Assembly: GCF_036321535.1 (NCBI RefSeq)
Contig: NC_087436.1
Location: 105,216,001-105,280,000, forward strand
Reading direction: 5' to 3'
Source: Camelus dromedarius
Taxonomy: Eukaryota
DNA: 64,000 bases
In this document: positions 13,101 through 28,100 of the stretch, piece by piece
How the letters are laid out: each line of letters begins with the position of its first letter
Position numbering within the stretch: position 1 is the stretch's first letter
Translations under genes and position numbers: made by a program
The notes under the pieces: generated by a model
Told to the model about the DNA's origin: nothing
The model's input: the letters and a program-made list of their open reading frames with translations, nothing else
Databases searched by the model: none

Positions 13101-16100
13101 TAAATAAACCTGATTTCCTCCCCCTCAAAAAAAAATTTAGAAAAAAGATATTACAAAAAAGGTGGGAAATTAAAAATGAGCATCACTTGGAAACACAAAG
13201 GTGGTCATGATGTGGTGGCAGGAATCCTGGACCAGAAGGCAGAAGGCTTTAGGTCTGAATCCTAGCTCTGCCACCACTCATCATACCAGTTTTCAGGGAT
13301 GAAACCATCTTTTCTGAATCATGGAAGATTCTTATGAACAATTTTATCAAAATTAGTTTTTACGAGAGACAGGGGACACAGCTATGACTAACACAGCACC
13401 TGGAATAGACTGAGCACAATGCTAGGCACTTTCTACATGTTATCTCCTTACAATAACCCCTGGAGTTAGATAGTAATACAGTAATCCCATTTTACAGATG
13501 GGGAAAATGAAGATGCAAAATTTAAGCAATTTGTTCAAATTCATGCAGCTAATAAGCAGCAAAATTGAACACAAGCCCACAAAGCTCTTTATTGCTTCCC
13601 CAACAACGACTTTATCCACTCTGGTAAGTAGACTTCAGAACCAAAAATAAGTGGGATACTTAACACCACGAGTCGTGTTTTAGATTTCATTTGCATTCTG
13701 TCCCAAAGCACACTGTTTATGTGGCACAATTAATGGAGAAGCTTGATCACAAATTCCTGACAATCTTACAATTTATTAACTTGCAAACTAGAAGCTAAAA
13801 AATGATCGTACCGACTAATTAGATAATTACATAAAATACTTCGAAGTCCTAAGCCACTTTAAACTGAATATCCCCCAGTCATTAACCCACTTCTAAGGTC
13901 AGGTATCCACGTGTCACTGATAACCACTGTTAGGTTCCCAGACGTGCAACCTTCCCACACAAATCTTGGCACAGTTTAGAGCTGTGGCCCAGAAGCTGGG
14001 TGTCCTCTTTGAGTTCTGGGTAAGACTTAAGGAAGAGGGAATATAAGGCCCATGAGAGCAGAGATGAGTGTCTGTCTTGTTCACTACTCCATTCCCAGCA
14101 CCTAAACCGTACCTGGAACATAGTGGTCATTCAGTAAATATTGAATAAATGTCAACAGTTCACTATTATTCTTCATATGCCCACCAAAAACAAGTATTTT
14201 ACCTATGAGCCATTTTAAGAAAACATGATTAGAATAATATGAAGTGTACCATGATGATAAAGTTTGCCACATCATCAAATAAGCCTATTTTTTAAAAAGA
14301 AGAGAACCTAAGACATACTATATTTTATCAGTGCTCTGATTCACTGAGCTCTGCTAATATTTGACAGGAAGCAGATACATAGATACATGTTTATTTTGCA
14401 GTAAGTAATAAATTATACACCTTGGCTTTGACCTTCTTTCCACATAGCAATTAACTTCTTGAATGTAACAGCCAGAGGTTCAACCAAGCCACCAAAAGGA
14501 GGATCTGTCACCATAATGACTCCTTCACCTTTATCTTCCTGTAAAAATGTTCTGCATACTTCAAGGGCAGCCTGGAACAAATAAAAATTCATTTCTAAAT
14601 TAGGACTAGAGGAAGGCACTTCATCCTATTCGGAGGAGAATGCATTAGGTTCACACTTCACACTGAAACTTCACCCAGAGTCCCTCAGTGACATCCCAAA
14701 GCCTCTCTCATTCAGCCCCCATAAGATTTTATCTTTGGGTTCCATGATAAGTGGGTTTTTAGAATTGCAAATTCAAACACCATCACTATCAGAGGACTAC
14801 ACATTTCAAATGGTTAAATTAGCAAACTAAATTTAGTAACCTAAAAAAGAGAAACTCATTACCCATGAAGACTATCTAAAATGCTAAATTCAATTCAATA
14901 AACAGAAACAGGGGCTGTGCTGAACACTGGAGACACAATGACAAATAAGACATATTTTTTCCTATCTGGTTTGTCCACCACCATAAGTTCTGTTTAATAA
15001 GAGCTACAAATTACCAGTTAAACATGCACACGTTTTGGGGTACCAGGTAAAAGTCAGGCATTTTTGAACATGCAAAGTAACTAAATGAAAGTTCACAAAT
15101 AACAGCTTATCCAGGCCATGCGACCATGCTATTAACACACTTTCCCAACAAACTGATTGAAGTGTTTTTAGTAACTACAAGGTTAACATTAAAAACTATC
15201 CAGGATATTTATCACTTTCTGCTTTGGGAGAAATCAGTAAGAGACAGAGCTATAATACTAGCTCCAGTATTGACTGATTTTGTAGTTGCTTTCAAGTACT
15301 TATCTATATAAGCAAATCAACCCTACGGTATACAAAATGGCATAAGATTTTAAAGCTTAATAGCATCAAAACTTTAAAAGACCTGCATGTACTTTATAAT
15401 AAAAATATATTGTTCTAGTAGTAAATCAACTTAAAAGATCCAGTTGATGAAAGGATAAATCATAAATAACATCCTAATCCCTTTTCTCTAGGAAAGTCTT
15501 TATTAACTTCCTGCTGGAAGTCCTACAGCGAAGGATGGTGTCAAGAAGGTTAATCATTTTTCAAGTGCTGCCCGGCACTTCCTTAACCTGCCTACACGAA
15601 CAAGGACTAAAAGTACAGATGATGTTATTGAAAAACCTTCAAATTCCTTAGAGTTAGAAGTAGAAAAAAGAAAATAAATAAGTAAGCAAGGCCTGAACTC
15701 TTAACCAAATTTATAAAACATTACAGAATATCTTTTCCAGGTAAGAATCAATGGCGGAGGGTCCCATCCTGAGTGCTGGGGTCCTCATGCTGACCACTTA
15801 TGAGAAACAGATGCTTGCTTATGCCACCAGTATTGACAGTAACTTAACTGTTTTCTTCATCTCAGTTACTATGAAAAAAGTGCTTGGTATCTTAAATAGC
15901 CACCATCTCTACACACCTTAACCACCTTTACCATTAAGTCATGTGGCATTTTTTATTACCTGAAAGACTGTATTATTTGCTATGAAAAAAAGTCCTGTGC
16001 AGAAAACCCCTGCTTTTTAATCCAGTGGACTGTAAAGAGTGTAGTGGCAGAGGCTAAATCCTCAAAGGCGCCTGGTACCTCAAAGGCTCCTATACCTTCA

Positions 16101-19100
16101 AATGTGCCTAGTAGATACTTAAATACTTCAGTGATTGATTGGTAGATGGTAATCTCTACTGAGAACCTTGACTCAGGAAGTAGAGAGAAAAAGGGCTGAT
16201 AGTAAAATCACTAAAACGATAGTTTTCTGTAGGTCATTTTCTACCGCGGCAGTGCTATTTAGAGACTGCCCCTAAAAAATAGACAAAGGAGAGCCTGGGC
16301 TGGATGACTATTTCCTTCTGGGAAACAGTACGTGGAACTCAGTCGTGGCACCTTATTCCAACCATTTATTCTAGAAACCTATAAATTCTCAATAAAAGTT
16401 ACACAGAATTTCATAGAAAAAGGTCATTTATATGTTACTTTCTTAGAATATATGAAATTGCTAGCCAACTGTTAGTTATTTAAATGTATTTTTACTCTTG
16501 TTATTGTTCAAAATCATTGTACAGTATTAAAAACAAATACCTGACCCATTACTGCAGCATCAAGCAATAATATAAACTCAGTTACTTCCTCATTTGTGTC
16601 CCAGCACCAACTGCACCCCTCAGTTCAAGGCCCCACAGTTTCAAGAGGCTACACTGGACACGTGCATGTTGATATTCTGCCAGCCCCACAAACCCAACAT
16701 TTACAAACCTCCCTTCCAAACGTCCCTACTCCGTTCTGAAGAATGAAAGATGAATCCAGGCCACGCCCCCAAGTTATCTTTGACTTCTCTTCCGGCACAC
16801 TTATCACCAAGTCTTTTTTTTTAATTGATGTATGACATATGACATATATTAGTGTCAGGTGTACACACAGTGATTACTCCAAGTCTTTTTGTTTCCATCT
16901 GTGAAATGCCTTCAGAATCCACGTCTTTCCTCTTTTTCCCACCGTCACTGTCCGAGGTGATTAACCCCTCATCATTTGCTGTCAAGGGATTTTTCAGCTC
17001 CTTGGCCTCCTTCACGCTCATCTAACCAGTTCTCAAGTCGTGGTGATTATCAACCACAGAAGCCCATTTGGGAAATAGTGAGATAAATCTAATTCTAACT
17101 GCTAATTAATTCAATACTTAGTTTTTACGGCATTCACTGCTGAAAAGTATGTATCCAAATGCTAAACTGATGGATGGAAGGAGTACATTACTGGCTACAC
17201 TTACTAAATCAGAAGACTCATTTTTCAATCTCAACCAACAATTTAGACTTAGTTTTTTAGCCTTGCTTGGTTTTCATTCTATCATTAGCCAATATCTTAA
17301 AGCACAATATATACTTAAGCGTGGTTCACAATTCTTTAAAAATTGGTATATATGCATATATGTATGGACATGCTTCAAGTAATCTTGATACTTTCAAATA
17401 TTTTTGGCCAACCTCCTGCCAGGTGTGATTACTTGGTTGGTTACAGATTTTACTTTGTAATAGGACTGACAAAGAGCTCAAATTAGGAGTAGAAATATCA
17501 GTTTTGTTATGTTGTTTATTCACAATGACACTATTAACATCATATTGAAAGAAGTTTTTTTTTCCAGCTACTCTTTTTTCAAAGATTTTTTTTTAGAGCA
17601 GTTTTAAGTTTATAGCAAAACTGAGAGGAAGGTACAGAGACATCCCACATAACCCCTGCCCAACAAATGGATAACCTCCCCCATATCAACATCCCCCACC
17701 AGAGTGGGACATTTGCTAAAAGTGATGAACTTATACACTGATACATCATTATCACCCAGAGCTCATAGACTGGGGTTCACTCTTGACACTGTCTATTTTT
17801 TAAAGGATTAATTTAATAAAACCATAAATCCCCTTAACTGGGACATGAAATTTATCAGAAAGGCAGTCAGCAAACTAACCACAAAATTATTTAATTACAG
17901 TTTCACAAATCTACAAAGGAGAACTTGACCTTGTCTGATGGTCAGAGGAGGCTGGAGAAAGTGACTTGGAACAGGGTTCTGAAGAATGAAGTGAAATGAA
18001 CAAGGCAAAGAGAGAATGGAAGGTGGAGGGAACAGCATGGGCAAAAAAAACCCTTTGTTAGAAAGGCCAGTTAGAGATGAATGTCCTATGTCCTGAAAAC
18101 AAACAACAAAGCAGGAATGGGGAGAGGACAGGCTGGACAGTGGCAGAGATCATATCACACAAAGCTATGTGGGCCTTGGTGAGAAAGTGGGTCTCTACCC
18201 AAAAGCAGTGAAAAGTCATGAAAGATGAATAACATTGACCACCTATAGATGCTCCATACACACTCAGTGAATAAACAAAAATAAATATTGATAGATGGTG
18301 GGACAGCCACCATTTGTTCTTCAGGGATTCCAGAAAAACAATGAAGGAAACACAATAAAAAAAGAGAGAAAACGGTCATAATTCTTACCTTTCCATCAAA
18401 GAAGTGATGGTTAAACATGTTATAATGGCAAAAACTATCTTCCATATAAAACTGTGAATACCTGTAAAATAATTTATTACTGTAGTTACTTGTCCAGTCA
18501 TAGCTATGCAGTAGATAAATATAAACTAAATTTTAAAGCTATGAAATCACACTTTTAATGAAATCAATTTCATCATCCTTTAGTTATCTGAAATAAAGAA
18601 TACTTTCCCCAAATCTTAAGAAGTCAGTAATAAGGCAGAAAGGGTATAGCTCAGTGGTAGAGCGCATGCTTAGCATGCACAAGGTCCTGGGTTCAATCCC
18701 CAGTATCTCCACGAAAAACAAAATAAACCTAATTACCTACCCACACCAAAAAAAAAAAAAAAAAAAAAAGGCAGTAATAGTGGATGAATAACTTAATTTA
18801 TAGTCCCAAGTTTAATAAGCCAGTGGCAAAACTACGGAATACTCATATATATAAAAAATACACAAGTTCCTAAGAACCAGAAGATCATACATAAATAATC
18901 ATATGCCTGACAGATTATTAAGCACGTTAAGCTTGAGATGGGTTGGCAATTAAAATACATCTCTCATAGTTAATAATTTTGAGGAAAATACTGAATCAAC
19001 ATTTCTGCTCAAGAGCCGTTAATTATTTTCTTCTGTGGTTAAAAAAAAGGGTATTTAATACAGAGTTTTTCTTATCTGCTGCACATTAGCTTAATAAAAT

Positions 19101-22100
19101 ATGCTTCTTAATATGTAAGAAAAAGAAGTATATGCATTTCATATTTACTGAATTAGTGCCAGGAAAGCGGATATTTATTTACTGATTGGATCATTTTATT
19201 CTTCTAACATGCTACTTAAAAATGCAATCAGTAATGAATGAGAGTGCCAGCTTTGGGTATTAACATTTTATAAATTTTTGCTAATTTACTAGGCAAAATT
19301 CATACCACATTATGCATTAAATTTGCATTTATTTGATTTCTTACAAGACTGAATTTTCTTTATCCCTTAATTGTATTGGTACTGTCTGTCTCTGTTTTCC
19401 CCATTTATGTCTTTGGGCCTTAATGTTTTTCTTGCTGATTTCTGAGCTTTTGGTCTAATATAGAAACCCCTTTTATCTCAATAGGATTTTGAACTTCCAT
19501 TATTTTGTCATAAACAATTCATATATGAACCACATCATCCTCTACAGAATTCATAATCTAGTGGAAAGACAGAAAAAAATCAGGGACACATCCTTCCGTA
19601 CACAACTTCTTCAACCAAATCATGACAGCGGCACTTCTCTGCTGCTACTTCTACTTGCAGTTACTCATTACTGTCCACAACTGAGTCACCAGCCATGCTG
19701 ACTACTTAACGTGGTGGACAAGCCTAGTTTATCCCTGTCCTGTTACGCTGTGGCTAATAGCACAGGCGCTACAGTCAGGCGGTCTGGTTTCAAACTCTGG
19801 GTCGCTTCACTTATTAGCTGTATAACCCTAGTAAGTTATTTAACCTGTCTGAGCCTCAGTTTCTTCATCTACAAAATAGGAAAAATAATAGTTTCTACCT
19901 CACAGGATTTGGTAAGAATAAATAAGATAATGTACGTAAAGTGCTTAATACAATGTCGGTTGCATAGCTTATACTGAAATGTGAGGTATTATTTTAATAA
20001 ACACCAGCTATAAAGATTTATGTCTTAATGTCTCTAATATTAGAGAATTATGTTTCTCCTCCTATAATCTAAATCCATTTCTTCTTGTTCTGTGGAGATG
20101 GAAGAACAGCTGTTTGCCATTCTCAGTACACTATCCCTTAATATCATTTAAGGTACTGCTAGTACACCTGCTGATTTCATAAAATATAAATGTGCACTAA
20201 AGAAATAAACAGAAAGTTTAGATAACTGAAAAATATTTAAACTATATACTGTGATCTAAGGAACATTCCAAAAACTGTGGGACAATGTCAATTATCATTA
20301 ATAAACAAAAGTGTTCCTATTTAACAAAATTCTAAATAGCTGATAATATATCTATATCAATTATTTAATTTATATATATATCAATACGACTACAGTTGTG
20401 GATCAACTATCATTTGAGGGTGTTCTTATCTCTTGCATTGCTTTGTGCGAGCAAGGAAAATATAATTCCTTTTTAAAGATATTTCCACCCTCCTCCATTT
20501 TTTCACTGCTTCACGACACAATAGTCATTTTTTTTAATTAAAAATAAAAATTTTATTTACATAAAATTCATCACAGCACACCTGTCCAACGTTCTGGGCA
20601 GCAGCGGGCATAGCCAGAGAGAAAAAAAAAAAGCCAAGATTTCAGCTAAGTTTCCATCAAACACAAACAAGATAGCAAAATTATTCATATTTAAATTATG
20701 AAAAATCACTCAACATTATCCTCTTAAAATGAAGTCAGCCACAAAGAATTATTCTCTCCAATGAATAAGGCAAACAAAACCAATCAGAAATGCATGCACT
20801 TGAAAACTGCTCAAAAGGACATTCATTTAATTTGGCCATTCATTCTCCTTAAATGAGAGTCAGTTTCCAAGTGTGAAACATGTTCTACACACAGGAAATG
20901 TAATCAAGAGCTGAATAAAATTAGTTCATGAAATGAACCTAAGAAATTCATTTTTTTGATATAACTTTATTTGGATGATAGTTTACCAAACAGTTTCACA
21001 TCTTTCATGCTAAAATTAGAGCACATAGAAATCCATCTTAGCAAATGCTAACTTCATATCTTAGACCCCCTGAAAAGGACATTTATAGCGCATCTATATA
21101 GAACACTGGAGTTGAGAGCTCTCTGCAGCCTTGCACAGACCTTTTGCAGGGCAACAAACCAAAGTCAAAGTGCCAAAAGGAACTCTTCACTGCCACTCTA
21201 CACCACACAGGAATTTTTCCTGATTTAATTATGGTCCTTGTGAGAAATCTGAACCCATCCCACAATCCATCATAACGTAAATACAGGCAACAGACTGAGT
21301 TCATCCTGGCTACTAACGTATTTCAATAAACCAGCCCTCTCTTAGCACCCAATGCTGATTTTCCAGAACTGACTCAGAAACAGAGTATGCTACCAAAGAA
21401 GCTAAGCCAAGACATTCACAATACAATACCTTCAGCTTTTATTTGCAACACACACACAGAAGTTTATAGACATGGAAAGAAAAAAGCATCTGTGTATTCC
21501 ACATGTGAATTTCATCCACATTCCCTACTCCCTACTCCCTACTCTGACCAGGGAATTTCAACTACAGGCTCAAAAAAGGTAAAACTACAAGGCACAGCAT
21601 TTAAGCAAAAGAGTTAAAGGGCCATATAAATCTTTCAAATTAAAAGTAAAGCAGTTAAGATGCAAAGAGTTCTAGAGAATGGTGCACAATGATGTGAATG
21701 TACTTCACTGAACAGTACACTTTAAAAATAATTAACAGTAAATTTTATGCTATGTGTATCTTATCACAATTTTTTAAAAAACAAGTAAATCAGGGTATCA
21801 GCCATGAACAATACAAAATAAAATTAAGATGAGAGGATACAGCTCAGTGGTAGAGTGTATGCTTAGCAATCCCCAGGACCTCCATCAAAATAAGTAAATA
21901 AATAAAATTAATTCCCCCCAAAACAACAACAACAAACACAAACAAAATAAAATTAAGAAAACAATTTAATTTACAATAGCAACAAAAAAGAATAAAGTGT
22001 TTAGGAATAAATTTAACAAAAGAAGTACAAGAAGACCTGTACACTGGAAACTACAAAATATTATTTAAAGAAATTAAAGAAGATCTAAATAAATGAAAAG

Positions 22101-25100
22101 ACACCTCATATTCATGAACCAGAACACTTAATATTAAGATGTAAATACTCCCCAAATTGATCTTCAAATTCAACACAATCCCTATAAAATCCCCAGCTGG
22201 CTTTTTTGTAGAAATTAACAAGCTGATTCTAAAATTCATACAGAAATGCAAGGAACCCACCATAGCCAAAACAATCTAGGAAAAGAATTAAATTGAAAGA
22301 TTCACATTTCCCAATTTCAAAACTTACTACGAAACAACAATAATCAAGACTGTGTGGGACTGGCATAAGGACAGACAGTTCAACGGAATAGAATTGAGAG
22401 TCTACAAATAAATCCATACATTTATGATTATTTGCTTTTCAATAAGGTGCCAAGAGAATTCAATGGGAAAAGAATAATCATTTTAACAAATGGCACCATG
22501 GTAACAGATATCCACATGTAGAGAATGAAGCTGGACCCCTATCTCATACCATATGCAAAAATTAACTCAAATCAATGAACTAAATGTAAGAGCTAAAATT
22601 TAAAACTCTTACAAAAAACAAGTGTAAATATTCACGGCTTTGGGTTAAATAATAGTTTCTTAGATATGACACCTAAAACACAAACAACCAAAGAAAAAAG
22701 AGACTTCATCAAAAGCAAAAAGACTACCCACAAAATGGGAGAAAATATTTGCAAATCACATATCTGATAAGGGTCCAGTACCCATAATATATTAAGAACT
22801 CTTTCAATTCAACAATAAGACAAATAACCTATTAAAAAATGAGTAAAGAATTGTATAGCTATTTCTCCAAAAAGATAAACAATTGGCCATAAGCATATGA
22901 AAAGACACTCAACATCATTAGCCATCAATAAAATGCAAAACAAACCACAATGAGACAGGACTCAAAAAGATAGACAGCAACAGTGTTAACAAGGATGTAG
23001 AGAAACTGGAACTCTCCTACATTGCTGTTGGGAATACAAAACAGTGCAGTCACTTTGGAAAACATTTTGGCAGTTCCTCAAGAAGTTAAACATAAAATTA
23101 CTGTATGACCAAGCAATTCTACTCATAGATATATACCTGTTATGGCCTTAACAACATTGTGTGAGGCCCAGGATCTCAACTGGGCTAAAGCCTGCTGTAT
23201 CCTAGACTCCAGTAACGAGAGCCAGTACATGCTCTCTGACATAAACAGATGTCCAGGCCTCTAATGAAAGATCCCTGACTACTGTAAGTGCCTTATTCTA
23301 AATATATGAATAATCTGGAAACCAGTTATTAACTCATTGGAAAACTGCTGTAGATGGAGAAAGGGAAAGACAGAAGGATGACAAGAAAGAAATGAGCTAT
23401 ATAAGAAAGGCTTATATACACTTTCAAAAGCAAGGTTATTTCCAGAGGACAACTTAATTTTTGGAGCCAGACTGACTGGCCATTTATAAACTGTGACTGT
23501 GGTCAAGTTATTTAATGTCTTTGCACCTCAGTTTTCTCCTCTGAGGAAAAGGAGAATGGTAATAGCATCTACCTAACAGGGCTATTATGAGGACCAGGTA
23601 AGTTAGAACAGAGTTTGACACATGACAAACATTCACTAAATTTCAGTTATTGTTAATAGTTATTGTTAATAATGGTATTAAAAGAACCTAAAAGTTAAAC
23701 TTCTACCTTTAAAATAATACATTTGTGATAATTTAACAATAATATTTTAGGAAAGACACGTGGTAGTTAAAAAAAGAAACTACCATATTCATACAATGGA
23801 AAATTATACAGCTATTTTTTAAAAGTACACTTATCTGCTAAGACATGGATGAACCTTGAAAACATTATGTTAAGTGAAAGGCCAGACAGAGGTCACACAT
23901 TGTATGATTCCATTTGTATAAAACAACCAGAACAGACAAATCTATGGAGACAGAAAGCAGATTAGCAGGGTTATTAGGGGAAGTAAGGAGTTTCTTTTCA
24001 GTGTTATTAAAAACGTTCTGGAATTATGGGGGATGGATGCAAAACTTAGTGAATATACCAGAAACTGCTGAAATACTCACTTTAAAATGGTAAATTTTAA
24101 GTGAATCATACCTCAGTTTAAAAAAAGAAACTGAGTTTTCTTGAAGAAGTCTGTATTATCACCTAGGGGATTCGATTTCGCTGAGGATCGCTCACATCAA
24201 GCAGGTATTTGTAAAGTGTGCTAGTTCTGTTAATATGAGATGAAAGTTACAGAAAGTGTGGCTTATTTCTGAGAAATGTACCTGCTTATCTTAGATAACC
24301 TAAAGTTTACTTGGAAATCTAAAGAAAAATAAAGACGAAAGCTATACTTTTTATTGTGAACTTTTACACTTTAAAAATCTGTCTGCCTTGTTATTAGGAA
24401 GAAAAAGTATATATCATTTCATAGATTCTCTCCAGTAAATATTGGAATATTAGCCAAATAGACTCTATCAGGTTAAATAAAAAGAAACTCAAAGCATGAT
24501 TCCTTCAATACACTCAAGAACAAGTGAAATATACTAAGAACACGGTGTCTTACACACTCACCATGAACTCCTGGAATTCAAACAATTACAGAAACTAGGA
24601 AGAGTACTTCAAGTTTACAGAATCAGAGAGTCTATGGATGGACACGTTTGCCATTCTGTGTTGTAAATCAGAAACCCGTATCTTCTCAATTATCACCACA
24701 GGGGAGTCAAGGTATGGTCTGCTGTCTCTTCTGTTTGTCCAACATATCAGGTGTCATTTAATTCTGACCCTCTCCCACAAAGCATATCTGTTTGCTTATC
24801 CTCTGCCTGGGGACCTGTCTGTTCCACAGTTAGCACTCTCTTCACTTCAGGCTATGTCCAGTGAAAGACAGAAAGCACATCATCTGGTAAAAATATTAAA
24901 ATAAATGTCATCACATTTAAAACATCATGACAAAACAAAATCCTAGAGGTAATTCAGAATTACCTTTGAAAAACAAGTATATGAGAAGAAATTTCATTCA
25001 ATAAAAATGTATCTCTAAATTATAAGCCAAAGACAGCTGGACCCATTCACAGAGAAAATTTAGGAAGCACACTAGCAAAAAGAGCAACCTACCGCCTCCC

Positions 25101-28100
25101 TGTCTGAAATATGGAAGAGTCCATGTTGAGTTTCTCTGATTAACATGATGCTTGTAACACATTACTGCTTCTCAATGTTGGGTAAAGGATTGTAACAGGA
25201 TTAACAGGAGGAAGCCATTAAAAAGAAACAGGAGACAATGAAGGAGAATAAATATACTTTGTAAACCTACCGAAAATCAATATCCAATAAAAGGCTTTTA
25301 ATGTTAGACTTCTCGTCACCTGATGCTTTCAACCTGATCAGCTCATGCAACCTAAAGCAATTAGTGAAAGCAAATTTAATAAGAAATTACACATGCCACA
25401 GACAACAAGCAAACAAATAAAAACCCACCCATGTTCTCCTGATCTTTCTAGTGTTTCAATGAAACACTGAAGAAAATTTGACAGATATAAGCGTCATTTC
25501 AATTTTGCAGATATTTTTTAAAGAGTAGAACTTATCTGAAACAAAGAATTCTAAAGTTATAATAAACAACTTAAGAATCAAATCAGAAAGCATCTCCTAT
25601 CACATATCAGAAATCTGTAAGGATTTCTCTCAGACGGAATAAAGATTACAAACTTTCACAGAGGGACCATGCTTTATGCTTCCTTTGCACACCTGAAGCT
25701 TCATGTTGTACCCTGCACATAGTAAATAACTACTTAAAAATTTTTCTTACACTTTCAATAGGGGTGATAGAAGTGTTTAAAATACCACATAACATACCTT
25801 GGTGTTCCAACACACAGTACTCTTCTGAACCCAAGGGTAGAGAGCAGGTCCACTAAGAACAGACAGCTCCTATCAGCAAACAAATACTGGGCATTTGTCT
25901 TCTTGTTTTCCAAGGGACAGAGGAGCTGACTGGGCCTTTTTAACTGGGTGATGGAGACGTCACCCACTATCTGATGCTCACGGTGCTTCTCCCCGTCGTC
26001 TGGCAGTACCAACTGCTGACATCTTTGACAAAACTTCCTCTGAGACAAGGGCAACTCAATAAACTTCAAGTACCTGCAAGACACAACAAAACACAAAGGA
26101 ATATATTTTAAGTTTGTTGCTTTAAAGACAATTGATCTTTGACAGTTTTAATATGCAAAAAGTATTATTACTTTCCAAAGACTACCGCGTAAAGAAGCAA
26201 AGGTACCAAAAAAATCTGTGGAATGTTGGCTTGAATTTATGTCTGGCTGTATACCTACAAAGTGGAAAAGAATCAGCGATTTCATGAGAATTGAGATGCT
26301 GCAATTTAGTCACTGGATGAAGATCAATATCCATTTAAAATGTGAATATAATATATTACTCAAACAACTTAGTAGTAATGGAGACTACTATCACCTTTAA
26401 ATTTATTGACAAATCCATGTGTTCTAACTTGGAAGTGTTAAACAGTCTGGCTCGGTAAGACAGTCATTTTAAAATGAGAAATTAAGATCATTCTTCAATT
26501 TCTTATGGCATACTTAGCAAGAAAAATTACCTCCTAAAAGCAAAAATGTTCTTACAAAGTTCCTCTATTCTTAGCAGTACTGATGGAAGCAGTTCTGAGA
26601 CGCTCACCCCCAAAACAGCAAAATAATAATTAAAGCCTAAAAAAAATACAATACCAGATACCCTATTTGATCCCTTACAAGTCACCCTTATATCTGATTT
26701 CAACATCACTACTTTTTTTTCTTTTCATTTTATTATTGATGATTAAAAAGAGAATATGATCACAGTTAATATGTTTTAAAAACTGATTTTGTACATGCAA
26801 TACCAGCTAAGAAACCAGAGTAAGAAAACAAAAGGAAAATAAGTAAGATTACTGGGGCTCATGAAGGGTCAGAAATGTCTCCATCTAAGCATGTCAAACA
26901 GTGCACTAAAGGAGTCTTAAGAGTTTGAGAAGAGTCATATGGTTTCCATAGAACTGAACTCTGAACTGCACTATAAAAACTGGAAACTTGACATAGAATC
27001 AAAGTGGGTTTTAAAACTTTTTGTATCTAAGCACAGTTTCACTTCAGAGCACCGAAGGCAGTGACAAATAGATGTTCTGAATGGGTTACAGCAAGAAATA
27101 AGCTTATTGTGCCAGTAATTTAAATGCTTCTATTTCTATGATAACTGTTTTTTTTTTGACAGCTTTATCTATGACTGGAAAGAAAAAGGAGAGCGCTATT
27201 AGAAGAAATCTTAATAGTAATTCACAGTAAGAATGTCAGCAGAGCCATGAAATGCAAGTGGAAAAAACCAGTACCCTCCTCAGCAATAGATACACTGAAT
27301 TTACTACTATTACCGCCCATTAGTAACTGTTCATTGTTGAAGATGTCCACATCTAGCCATGAGAGAGCAACAGAGACCACATTTACCATCCTGGCCCTCA
27401 AAAAACAGATAATATATGAAATCAGTTTCATGTGGCATGTGTGGACAAGTGGCAGGTCAAACCATGAATGAGAAGAGAAGGGAGCAGAGGCATGAGTGGG
27501 AACAGCTGCCCGCTTCCTCCTGTGGACAGATGGCAGCACAGGACGGAGACCCCAATGGAGCACACTGAGTTGACCATGCAGAGTTAGAACTGGTGGCGGC
27601 CAGGGAGGCCAGAGTCACAGGGGAGAGCAGGGAGACCTTATGCACAGAGCATGCGGAGGGCAGATGGCGAGCATGACACTGAGGGAGCCTTGGAACTTTG
27701 CTGAGGTTCCCCTCCAGCCTGTGCTGAGGACTGACTGGCATGTGCATGAGAAGACTACCCACCGAGGGGGAGCAGATGAACACCGCCGGGCAGAGTGAGA
27801 CACCTCCGCGTCCACAAGCATCAGGTGGAGAGCTCTGGAGGGACAGCCTCAGGAGTGGGGAGGAACGAGCCCCACCCCAAACGCTGCTCTGGTTCTGCCA
27901 AAAGGCTAAAGGATAAACCTTCAAAAGCAAGGGACTATAAAGGATCAGACAGTAAATATTTTTTGAACAGCCATCTGTTCTTTCTGTCACAATTATTCTT
28001 CTGTTGTAGCACGAAAGAATGATATCACATTTCTCACTGGAAACAAGAAAACAGTGGAGCAATATCAATTCCATATGAAGTCTTCCAGAAAACAGAAAGG

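Noticed and set aside
23140..23780. Apparent MIR nested inside a younger L1 (an age paradox)
   Set aside because: The downstream L1 piece (23782-24119) has its own TSD, so the two L1 parts are separate insertions
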